From Dendrobates tinctorius (Eukaryota), in contig NW_027361700.1 of the NCBI RefSeq assembly GCF_039654945.1, positions 16,306,001 to 16,370,000 on the forward strand: 64,000 nt of DNA. The letters are read 5' to 3'. Shown piece after piece: positions 1 to 11,218 of the stretch. The number at the start of each line of letters is the position of its first letter. The first letter of the stretch is position 1. The notes under the pieces are model-generated. The model was given only the letters and a program-made list of their open reading frames with translations. It made no database searches and was not told where the DNA came from. The position numbers and the translations under genes are program-made.

Positions 1-579
1 CCGACAAATTGCACTAAAGTTATTGCATATAAGACAATATGGTAACCCCAAATACATTAACACTTGTTTCTGTGATCAAATCAATGTTTCTATAGAAAAC
101 TGCTATGACAGTGAGATTAACAATTAAAGGGGTTGTTACAGCCTGAGGAAGCAATGTAATTTTACAAGGACACGCCATTACTTGATGATCAACAGAAAGT
201 CAATTTATAAGACCTCCACCTATCGCTAGAATTTTTTCCTGGATCCGCCATATTCACACTTTGCATTCTTCCTTTTTTTTTTTTTTAAAGCAAATTAAAA
301 GCTGCATTTTGCAGTACCAGCAAAAGCTGTCAGATTTCAGAAATCTCATGTACACACATTGTTTTTTTCCTAACTGAATTGGAAGCTTCAGCATGTCACT
401 TCTTACAGCATTTTTGCAGCATTTTTTCACCCATAGAAATGCAATGAGTAAGTGCAAATACGCAGATATCAGGTTTTGCTGTGTTTTTGGTGTAAAAACT
501 TAAGGAAGTTGCATCATGTTTTTTGAGGGGCACTAAACTTTTATCAGCATGCACAAGAGAAAAGAAAAATGCATTCCCT

Positions 580-1004
580 TTAAGGGAATCTGTCACCAAC
601 TTTTATCACCTAATCTGAGAGCGGCATAAGGTAGATATAGAGATCCTGATTCCAGCGATATATCAATGACTGAGCTTCTTGCTGTAGTTTTGATAAAATC
701 CCTGCTTTATCAGAAAGATTATCACTAGAGGACTAATAAACATGATGTAATATAGTCCAACCTATCCCCCACCACTGGCTGGCAGCTTTCTGCCTATGCA
801 CAATGTACACAGAAAGGTGCCAATCAGTGGGTATGAGTGGGCTAATATAGAGCTCAGCATTCCGAGATCTGCAGCAGAGTGACTTTATCAAATCTGGAGC
901 AAGCAGCCCACTAAGTGACAAATTGCTGGAATCAGGGTCTCTGCCCTATATATCATGCTGCTCTCTGATGGGATAGTAAAAACCTTGTGATAGATTCACA
1001 TTAA
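580..1004. mobile_element. Palindromic TTAA MITE
   Basis: TTAAGGGAATCTGTCAC...GTGATAGATTCACATTAA with inverted arms. Confidence 0.75.
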
Positions 1005-1277
1005 CGACCAATAATTGAATGGAGGTGTCTGTGGAAGAATAGCACAATGTAACGAGGAGTGAAATTGGAAGTAGTGATGATCAGCCGCCAGTAAAATGCC
1101 CACCCCTTCTTGGTTTTAGCACGGGTGTGTCTTGTCAGATATTTAAATTCCAGTTATTACAGATATAAGCGTAGGAAACTGTAATAGAAATTAAAAGGCC
1201 AATACCTGAAGGTGGGAACATAGTGTTGTATCTGAATGTGCCGTCTCTTCATCTTTTCCTTCTTGTGGTGTTTGCAG

Positions 1278-1454
1278 GCCCCCTTAGCCCCACGAGATGG
1301 GGGTCGACTCGGCAGTTCTCCGCCTCCTGAAGAGCCCTTTACATGGGTTGGACCCAGGACATTGATCATCAGGAAGACCCGGCAAGGATTTGGCTTCACT
1401 CTGCGCCATTTTATTGTATATCCCCCCGAATCTGCCGTACATGCCTCTCAACAG
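1278..1454 (+). CDS. ARHGAP23: ARHGAP23 exon (start of PDZ)
   Basis: ttgcag|GCC...CAG|gtacaa; APLAPRDG...[23 protein letters not shown]. Confidence 0.9.
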
Positions 1455-1997
1455 GTACAACCCAAACTACATTCACATTATTATTAGGTGTATTATTAGA
1501 ACTGATCCTGACCGTAAGAGGTCCTAATTAAACCCGTGTTTTCTCCTGGACAACCAGTGGTACTGCAGCCCGGCTCTATTCCTCCAGTTTCCTTCACGTT
1601 TGAGCTGTTGGCCCGTGGCACTGTGTAGGGGGAACACCGTGAAGGGGCTGCAGGACCGTATCAGGGCTGCCGCCTCTTGGTTCCCAGGAACGGTGGAGGA
1701 GCCAGAATGATCATAAAATGATGGCATATTCTTGCAATATGCCAAAATGGGTATACCCCTTTATTAATTGGAAAAATGAGATTGCATTCATTACTGAACT
1801 GTCCTTTCCCCATCAGAGCAAAGTAATTATTTTAAGAAGATTTGTACTCATGAAGACATGTCAAAAGATTGGTATGAATCTTGGTGCCAGAAATCCTACT
1901 ATTCCCTAGAAACGGGCTTTTTCTTGTCTGTAGGTTACATTTTTACATCATATGAATATATGTAACTGACTTTGCAGTGTGACACATGACTAAATTG

Positions 1998-2429
1998 TTA
2001 AAGGGAATCTGTCAGTAGGATACACTTTCCTAAGGCATGTATTTGGGCATGCAGGTCATAGCAAGCTGAATAAAATGATATCTTGATATCTGCAATTTCA
2101 TGTTTTATTCCAGAGAAATCCACATTTTTCTTAGTTTGTAAATGAGCTTTTATGATCTATAGGCGGGACACACATCTCCCTGAAAATCAACTTCCAGAGC
2201 TTATTTTAAATAAATGGTAATTTAAAATACACTGTGGGGCAGATTCTCAGTGAGCTCTATGTCCCGCCCATAGATCTTAACAACTCCTTTACATATTAAG
2301 GAAACATGGATTTCTCTGGAATAATACATTGGCTCACAGATATCATGGCATCATTTTCTTCCACTTCCTATGACCTGTATGCCCATATAAATCGCTTAGG
2401 AGGGTGGATCCTACTGACATACAATTTAA
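1998..2429. mobile_element. Palindromic TTAA MITE
   Basis: TTAAAGGGAATCTGTCAGTAGGAT...ATCCTACTGACA..TTAA with inverted arms. Confidence 0.8.
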
Positions 2430-2486
2430 GTATACTGGCTTGGCAATCATTGTACTTGGTGCTTTCATTCTCTCCATTTCTTACAG

Positions 2487-2505
2487 GAAGAAAATGGCGG
2501 TGCAG
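2487..2505 (+). CDS. ARHGAP23: ARHGAP23 19-nt microexon (EENGGA)
   Basis: ttacag|GAAGAAAATGGCGGTGCAG|gtacgt; required for frame. Confidence 0.88.
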
Positions 2506-3179
2506 GTACGTGTTCCAGATGGTGTTTATACACTATATAGTCTCTAATCTGGTAAACACTTTGGCAAAGTTTCTAAGGCCCATAAACCCATTAGACGAAG
2601 GTAGTCCGAACCTGCTGATTTTGGTGGCACTGGCAATCCTTCTGATGCATATGGGGGGCGTCCCAGCATCCTCCCGAAAGATAAGGCTGTGAAAAAGAAC
2701 GATCGAGTAACTGGAATGTCAAACCTAATCTTTTAATTTTCAGAGGAGATATACACCTCTGCCAGAGCTGTCTGGCAGTGGCTTTCTCCTCTACAAAAGT
2801 TGATAACACATGAACTCTCAGCTGAGTCAATTGTCCATGTACATGGGGGAGTTGGGAGGGATGGTTTCTGCCAAATAAATATACTAACCATAGTTGTCTC
2901 AAGTGTATGGCCAGCTTTACACAGCGGTAACTTTAGCTGTGTCCAAACTGACAGTGAAGTATACGAAGTATAAGGGAGGGAAGAGGTCAACTGCAGTTTG
3001 ATTTGATTTGATAGACTTGTCTATGATGCCTGTATGTCACTTTATATTGGCTGCACTCCTAGTTCTGTGCACTAGATTGGATTAGTTATCTGAATTTGCT
3101 ATTTTCAAAATGTTATCTTTTTCCTTAATCAGTTTAATCCTTCTCCATCTACAAGTCTCTGTTCTTGTGCTGCTTTTAG

Positions 3180-3278
3180 AGTATTCCTCTGCATCCTCTC
3201 GTCTGGAACCAATGGACACCATCTTTGTCAAGCAGGTGAAGGAAGGTGGACCTGCCCAGCAGGCTGGATTGTGCACTG
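3180..3278 (+). CDS. ARHGAP23: ARHGAP23 exon (PDZ)
   Basis: ttttag|AG...ACTG|gtgggt; [27 protein letters not shown]. Confidence 0.9.
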
Positions 3279-3839
3279 GTGGGTGATGGGAAAAGTGTGG
3301 AGAGTGATTGTAGTCTTAGAGAGTTGTATTTGAATGTTCTCCATGTTATATAGCACTAATGTGGTATGCTCGATGCGTCAGTGTACATTTGTGCAGACCT
3401 TGCCTCAGGGTTGACTCTTGTTTTGGCGCTTTTCTATTTCCCGCACTTACGGTATATTGTTTTTTTTATCAGATCTTTTTTTCATTGAGATTCGGTAAAC
3501 TTCCATTTGTCTAAAAATGATCTATTCCATTTTGAAATGCAATACAATTATATATGAAAAACAATAATCAACACACTTTTACACCTATAACTCCCAATTT
3601 GTCTTCTTCTTATCTACCTATTTTCATACATGTTTTTTTTAAACCTCTAGGGTGGGCAATACACTTTCCAGAGGGCCACATGAGAGACCGTGACTGTTGT
3701 GGAGGACCGAACCAAGAAGCTGAAATTTATTCTGCTCAATATTAATATATTAATTAAAATTATTTTATATTATCATTTAATATTGAATAGAATTAATGTA
3801 GGCTGACACCTCACTAGGTACAGCTTGAGTCCCAATATA

Positions 3840-4030
3840 TACAGCATGAGCCCCCACATAGCCTCCCTTGTATAGCATGAGCCCCCACACAGCTTCCTTA
3901 TATACAGAATGATCCCCCACATAACCTCCCTATATACAGCATGAGCCCCCAAATAGCCTCGCTATGTACGGCATGGGCCCCACATAGCCTCTCTAAATAC
4001 AGCAGGAGCCCCCACATAGCCTCCTATATA
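3840..4030. repeat. About 32-bp tandem repeat, probably inside a hAT-like element (about 3650-4390)
   Basis: ACAGCATGAGCCCCCACATAGCCTCC units. Confidence 0.75.
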
Positions 4031-4425
4031 CATCTAAACATCTCATACACATATGAAAGAAAGAAGAAAAAAAAAACACTCTCCTTGCTCGCATTCCCGG
4101 CACTGTGCTCCTGTCTCCTGTGCATTGACTCTCAGCAGCAGCAGCAGCGCGATGAAGTGACATCATCCCGTTTGCTGTATCGCACTCTGATTGGTGGAAG
4201 AAAGAGCCAGTGGTGCAGTCCTCCACCAATGTATTCACCACTGTCAGCGTCCCAAGGATGCAGATAGTGGTGGCAGAGGGCATGGTGCGGCCCATGGATC
4301 ACTGTTTTCAGCCCTTCGTCTGTGCCGGCCCACATCCGGGCTTGTGGCTGTTCCAGTCCTGCCATCCGGCCGCACTTTGCCTAGCTTTAGCTCTGCTCTA
4401 GAACATTTTACCCTTGTGCTCACTC

Positions 4426-4490
4426 CTGTAGTACCTCACTCCTGTAGTACCTCACTCCTGTAGTACCTCACATCTGTAGTACCTCACTCA
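4426..4490. repeat. 16-bp tandem repeat x4
   Basis: CCTGTAGTACCTCACT. Confidence 0.9.
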
Positions 4491-4686
4491 TGTATTGCTC
4501 CATCTGTCTGGATTGCCCATTTCCAGCCTACTTAGTGTTGTCAGATTCTCTGAAATGATGCCAGGTGTTTCTAACTATTTCTTCCACGGTTTTTTCGAAC
4601 TTACTAAGGGCCTTTTCCTTCATATATACTTTCCTTTCCTCCTGTTACCAACGTTTCCAAATCATTTTCCTGATCGGATAAAGTAT

Positions 4687-7600
4687 TTTCTCGTTCGCCT
4701 TATTGGGGGACACAGAGACCATGGGTGTATGCTGCTGCCACTAGGAGGCTGACACTATGCACAAAAAAAGGTTAGCTCCTCCTCCGCAGTATACACCCCA
4801 CCAACCGGCAGGAATTTCCTCAGTTTAGCTTAGTGTCAGTAGGAGGTGGACACGGGTCTTTCATTAGACCCATATCTACCTCGGTGTGCGTCGTTCCTTT
4901 TCAGGGTCCCGGAGGGATACAGAGTGAATAGTCACATCTGTAGTCCCACAAGAGACTATGAGTACGGCGTGTACTGCCACCCCGTATCCTCATAGCTCTC
5001 CGCAGCAGGACCAGGAGCTTTGCACAGGTGCGTGCCAGCTATACGGATGGTCCTTGCCCCCCGCCTCCCACCCACTCGCCTACCAGAGCCTGTCGGTTGG
5101 ACGAGGCGCGGACACTGGGAAAATAGACTCAGACAGCGTTGGATTTACAAGGTACCTTTATTGAAGACACCACTGGAGGATTCTTCGGAGCGGCACAGGG
5201 CAGTGCCGCAGGGTCCTCAGCTGCCTGCGCCTCCCGGCAGCCGCCGCACTTTCTGTTGCGCCACATGCCAGGCCCCGGCTGCGGCGCGGGCCTTGTCCCC
5301 CCCAAGGTGTCTCAGTCCCTAGTGGCCGTTCTTGATAAGTTGCCCCTGGACACTTCCGCAAGGTCCAGCAGGTCGCAAGGGGTTCCATCTGAGCCAGCCA
5401 GCAGAAGCCGCAAAAGACCCAGGCATCTCCGGCCGGAATCCTCTCCTGGCCTGGTCTCTCCACATTGTCCTTCCCAGCAGTCGCCTTCCCGTGCCTCCTC
5501 ACCCGAGTCAGGTGAAGCGTTCTCGGATGTGTCATCCGAAGAGATTTTATAGCTGGATTCGGACCAGGACGCAGACATGAAGGTTTCGGTACAGAACCTC
5601 ATTGCTGCGATTAACCACACCTTCGAAATACAGACTCCCCTGCGAAACGCTCGGATCAGGAGGTTTCGTTCAGACGGGCAGTAACACCTTCCAGAGTCTT
5701 CACCTCCCACTCTGAGTTTGGCAAGATCCTTACCAGGGAGAGAGAGAAAATCCGACCAGATGCTTTCAAAGAGGGAAGTGTCTCGGCGTGCTCTATCCAT
5801 TTTCAAAAGAGCTCACCGACAACTGGTCGGCTTCCCCCTCTTTAGACGCTCCCGTGTCCAGACTATCTTATCAACACGGTCTTTCCGATTTCAGGTGTGA
5901 CGTCGCTAAAGGATTCTAATGGCAGAATTATAGAATCCCTAGCAAAGTCAGTATTCGAAGCGGCTGCGGCGGCGCTAAGCCCAGCCTTTGCTTCATCTTG
6001 GGTAGCAAAGGCCATAGCTACTTGGGCGGAGGATCTCCGCAAGGGCATCCTAGGTAAAGCCCAACCGGAGCAATCGGCCAAACTGGCTAACCAGATCTCC
6101 CATGCAGGGGATTATCTGCTCTCTGCCTCCTTGGATGCCGCGTCTTGCGCGGCTCAGGCGTCCAGCAACGTGATGACAATCCGGCGTACAATTTGGCTCA
6201 AGGCTTGGCAGGCGGATTTATCTTCAAAAAGTCCCTTACCAATCTGCCTTTTCAGGGAGTGCGTCTCTTTGGATCCCAGTTGGACCAGATTATTAGGGAC
6301 ACCACTGGAGGCACAAGTTCCCTTCTTCCTCAGTCCAAGCCTTGTAGGCCTCCGCTAAGGCGTCAGTTTCGGCCCTTTCGGTCTACCAGCAGAGGCCGCA
6401 GGCACGCCAGGATAGAAAGAAGGTCTCCTTCAGACCCACTCCCTCCTGGCGATCTCACTCATCCCAGGGCAGATCCTCCAGGTCCAGATCTGGTCGGTCC
6501 ACAGCAGCATGACTATCAAGAAAGTCCCGAGGGTCTTTCCCAACTGGGCGGTCGACTCCTTTTCTACAGAGACGTCTGGCTTGCCTCAGTAGAGGACGCT
6601 TGGGTCAGGGAAGTTGTATCCCCAGGATACAAGATAGTTTGTTTCTCGTTCCCGGGATCGTTTCTTCGAGTCCTTCCAAAAGACCCTGCCTTAGTCCGGG
6701 TTTGTTCGCATCCATCACCTCTCTCCTCAGTTCCGGGGTGATTTTGTCCGCTCCCAAATCAGAACGTTTCACAGGGTTTTATTCAAACCTGTTTGTAGTG
6801 TGGAAAAAAGATGGTGCAGTTCGTCCCATCCTGGATCTCAAGTTACTTAACAACAGGGTCCGATTGCGTCATTTCAGGATGGAGTCTCTTCGGTCGGTAA
6901 TCGCTTCCATGGAGGCGCAGGAGTTCATGTGTTCAATAGACATTCAAGATGCCTATCTACATGTTCCCATCTTTCCCGGGCATCAGAGATTCCTGCGTTT
7001 TGCGATTCACCAGAACCACTACCAGTTTGTTGCACTGCCGTTTCGGTCTCGCCACCGCACCCAGAGTTTTTACAAAGATCATGGCGGCGTTGATGGCCTT
7101 GTTGAGGATGAGAGGTCTCGTTCTTTTTCCTCGACGACATTCTGATCAAAGCTCCGTCTTTTCACCAGGCTCGCCAAAATCTTACCATCGTCCTCTACAC
7201 CCTGTCCAATTTTGGGTGGCTCGTCAACAAAAAGAAGTCCTGCCTTGTTCCGACACAACGTCTGGTGTTTCTGGGCCTATTGTTCGACACTCGTCGATCA
7301 ACGGTTTTTCTCCCAGAGGAGAAGATAGTTTCTCTGCAGCGAGATGTACGGTCGCTGCAGATCACACGACTTCCATCTCTCCGGACAACCATGAAAGTTC
7401 TAGGAAGGATGGTGGCGTTGACAGAAGCGATTCCCTTTGCTCAATTTCACTCCAGACCCCTCAAACAGGCCATCCTGTCTCGGTGGAACAGGTCTGTTCT
7501 TTCCCTGGATCGTCCAATTCGCCTTTCATACCAGGTCAGGCAGTCCCTCATTTGGTGGCGGACGTCACCTCTCATTGCCCTAGGACGGTCATTCCTTCTC

Positions 7601-9652
7601 ATTCACTGGCAGATTGTGACAACGGATGCCAGCCTCCTCGGCTGGGGGGGCAATATTTCGCAATCACACTGTTCAGGGTCGGTGGTCGACTAGAGACAGC
7701 TCTGCCGATCAACGTCATCGAGATACGGGCGATCTATCTGTCTCTCGTTCACTGGGAGAGACTTCTCAGGGGCCTGCCAATCCGTATTCAGACAGACTGC
7801 CACAGCGGTGGCAGATATCAACCACCAGGGGGGACACGGAGTGCCTCAGCCCTAGCGGAAGTGTCCAAAACTCTTCACTCGGCAGAGGTTTCAGTTCCAC
7901 CAATATCCGCGGTGCACATTCCCGGCATGGACAACTGGGCCGCCGATTTTCTCAGCGGCGGGAGAGTGGTCCTTACATCCGGAGGTATTTCATCAGATTT
8001 GCCGTCGTTCGGGAACTCCGGACGTTGACCTGCTGGCGTCTCGCCTCAACAGGAAAGTCCCACAGTTTGTATCCAGAGCTCGAGATCCTCTCGCCAGGGG
8101 CGCCGATGCTCTGACCATTCCTTGGTCTTAGTTCGAGCTCCCCTACCTGTTCCCTCCCCTTCCCCTTCTTCCCAAGCTGTTGAAGAAAATCAAAGCAGAA
8201 GGAAGTCCAGTCATCCTCATCGCTCCTTAATGGCCCAGAAGGTCTTGGTTCGCGGACATCGTCAACCTTCTCGCGGACTCCTCCTGGAAGGTTCCAGACA
8301 GGGCAGATCTGCGGTCTCAGCGCCCGATTTGCCACCTCAATTCTCGGCCGCTCAATTTGACGGCGTGGCTATTGAGACCAAGGTTTTGAAACGATCAGGT
8401 TATTCATACCATGATCTGGGCCAGAAAGCCTATCCATTTCGTTCCAGAAGACACTGGCCTCCCGTCCTCAGGTCAAGACTTTCCTTCAGGGAGTGGCTCA
8501 TGCGGCTCCTCCTACCGTGTGCCCGTACATCCATTGGATCTTAATCTGGTTCTCGAGGTTCTGCAAGGTCCTCCCTTTGAACCTCTCAGGGAAGTTTCCC
8601 TATCCTTTCATGGAAAGTAGCCTTCCTAGTAGCCGTCACCTCCATCCGGCGCGTGTCGGAATTGGCGGCCATTTCTTGTCGTTCCCCTTTCTTGGTGCTC
8701 CACCAGGACAAGGTAGTTCTACGGACTCCGCCTTCTTTCCTTCCTAAGGTGGTGTCCACTTTCCACCTGGATGAGGATATTGTTCTCCCGTCCTCTTGTC
8801 CGGGTCCAACTCACCCTCGGGAGCGCTCCTTGAACAAGCTGGACTTGGTCAGGGCAAAGAAGGTCTACCTATCTAGAACGACTCGTTTGAGGAAGTCAGA
8901 CTCTCTTTTCATCATTCCAGATGGGGCGCGGAAAGGTCAGCCAGCCTCCAAAGCTACTATTGCTCGCTGGATCAGGTCGGCAAATTTGGAGGCCTACCGG
9001 ATCAAGCATCGAGTGGCCCCTCAGGGAATTAGAGCTCACTCTACCCGGGCAGTGGGTGCCTCCTGGGTGGTGCGCCACAGAGCTTCCGCGCTGCAACTTT
9101 GCAAAGCTGCAACCTGGTCATCTGTTCACACGTTTGTGACATTCTAGAAGGTCCACACCTACGCTTCGGCGGAGGCCAGCCTAGGTAGAAGGATCCTGCA
9201 GGCAGCGGTGGTGAGTCCACTGGCCTGATGGAAGTTTGTTTCCCACCCCAGAGACTGCTTTGGGACGTCCCATGGTCTCTGTGTCCCCCAATAAGGCGAA
9301 CGAGAAAACAGGATTTTTGGGTTGCTTACCGTAAAATCTGTTTCTCGGAGCCTTCATTGGGGGACACAGCACCCTCCCATGTTCTACAACTCCTGTTCTT
9401 ATGTTGTTGGTTATGTACAGTTGAGTTGTCTGTTCTGTTTCAATCTATTCTGTTACTTCTCCTACTGCTTTCTCACTAACTGAGGAAATTCCTGCCGGTT
9501 GGTGGGGTGTATACTGCGGAGGAGGAGCTAACCTTTTTTTGTGCATAGTGTCAGCCTCCTAGTGGCAGCAGCATACACCCATGGTCTCTGTGTCCCCCAA
9601 TGAAAGCTCCGAGAAACAGATTTTACGGTAAGCAACCCAAAAATCCTGTTTT
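4687..9652 (+). mobile_element. DIRS1-type tyrosine-recombinase retrotransposon, copy 1 (subfamily A; degenerate, internally deleted)
   Basis: ITRs about 4702-4825 and 9478-9601; internal complementary region (ICR) 9269-9369; TTT at both ends; frameshifted gag, RT/RNase H and YR (HSTR motif); catalytic Tyr codon reads TAG at 9145-9147. Confidence 0.95.
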
Positions 9653-9812
9653 AGCAATAGACAGTTGTTTTGCAGCTGTACCTGTTTAATTCCCCAATAT
9701 ATACAACAACCTAACTTAGGGATCTCTTGGCACCCTTACACCATATGAATCTATTCTATTACCTCTCTACAAAGGTCTTGCAGTGCCCCCACCTAAAAAA
9801 AAACATGTTTTA

Positions 9813-10226
9813 GGGCTCATTCAGACATCCATGTTTGTTCACAACAATCAAAATGGTACAAGTTTCATCAGGGCATTGGATTTGAGTGTCATCAGTGTTG
9901 GGTCTGAGTGACAGTTTTTGTCATCAGTGGTTATTGCATATGAATTAATAAATGAATTACAAATCTTCTCTTACTACAAGGTTACTTACGGAAAGCACAC
10001 TGATGCCATTCGTACGCGGTCTGTGTTTTTCACTGACCCATAGACTTGTATGGGAAATTTTCATCTGTGATACAAGTACAAAAATGAGATCTGTCTCCCG
10101 TGATTTTTGCATGGATGCACAGTCCGCATAGAAACAAGAGCCCCAAAGGTTGTAGTGAGTATGTGCTCTATCTGTGAAAATCAAGGATAGAACACGGAAG
10201 TAAGAAACAGACATCTGAATGAGACC
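9813..10226. mobile_element. Harbinger-like MITE
   Basis: TTA TSD; GGGCTCATTCAGA...TCTGAATGAGACC. Confidence 0.75.
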
Positions 10227-10299
10227 TTAGATTTTTTTATTTTTTTTAGGCCTAAGCCTGTATCTGTGCTTTCTTGTTGACAAGCTGTTTGTTTTTCAG

Positions 10300-10378
10300 G
10301 TGACCGACTCGTAAAGGTTAATGGAGAGAGTATAATCGGGAAAACGTATTCACAAGTCATTGCCCTGATACAAAACAG
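10300..10378 (+). CDS. ARHGAP23: ARHGAP23 exon (PDZ)
   Basis: tttcag|GT...AG|gtgtga; [25 protein letters not shown]. Confidence 0.92.
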
Positions 10379-10507
10379 GTGTGAAGTGTGGTATATTAAA
10401 GGGTGTGGGCGGAAAGGGCTTGACAATGGCAATTTCTGACACACAGATGAGAACGTCTGACTTCAGTTTTATATATTAATTTTGTTATGTAACTTTTTTT
10501 CACCCAG

Positions 10508-10562
10508 TGATGATGTGCTGGAGCTTTCCATTATGCCACGGGATGAAGACATACTACAGCTG
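10508..10562 (+). CDS. ARHGAP23: ARHGAP23 exon (end of PDZ)
   Basis: cccag|T...CTG|gtaagt; DDVLELSIMPRDEDILQL. Confidence 0.92.
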
Positions 10563-11218
10563 GTAAGTGCCACACGTGGCCACCATATGCCACTGTTATG
10601 CATCCATCACAACCTCTATTTAACATATATGGTGCATGCAACTTATATATATGTATTTGCTAAATGGAGGTCATAAAATGTGCTGTATATCAGACCTAAG
10701 CAATACTCAGAAATAGTGTACATATAAATAATATTCCTCTATCTATTCAATGCCTTGATAAATATATAACACTATCCATAGGAAATTATTAGCTACAATT
10801 GTCTGCTACCCCCAGCATTCCCATGTGCAGTGCGGTTGGGGTGTGCACTGGCTGTTATTTTGAGTCCTAAATCCAATTTATTGCCTTGATTCCTGCTCCA
10901 CCACCAATTCTAGAAATTAGCTAAAGGGGTTGTTATTAATGGGCCCAAGGAAGTGACAACATAAAAAAAAAAAGATTCCCCTCAAGGACTGACATTTCTC
11001 CTGCACTCCTGCATAGTCAGCACTGACTGCAGAAGAGCGACACTAGTCCAGAAGATAAGTACCAATTTTTGTCCTTTTTCTCGCTTCCTTGGTTCCATTA
11101 ATAGTGGCTGTACTATAGTGGACAACCCTGTTAAAATGTATCTTTTAATACGTCATTACTGCTTTACATGGAGTCACACCAAGTTTCTAATATATTTTAC
11201 TTCCATTTTCATCTTCAG

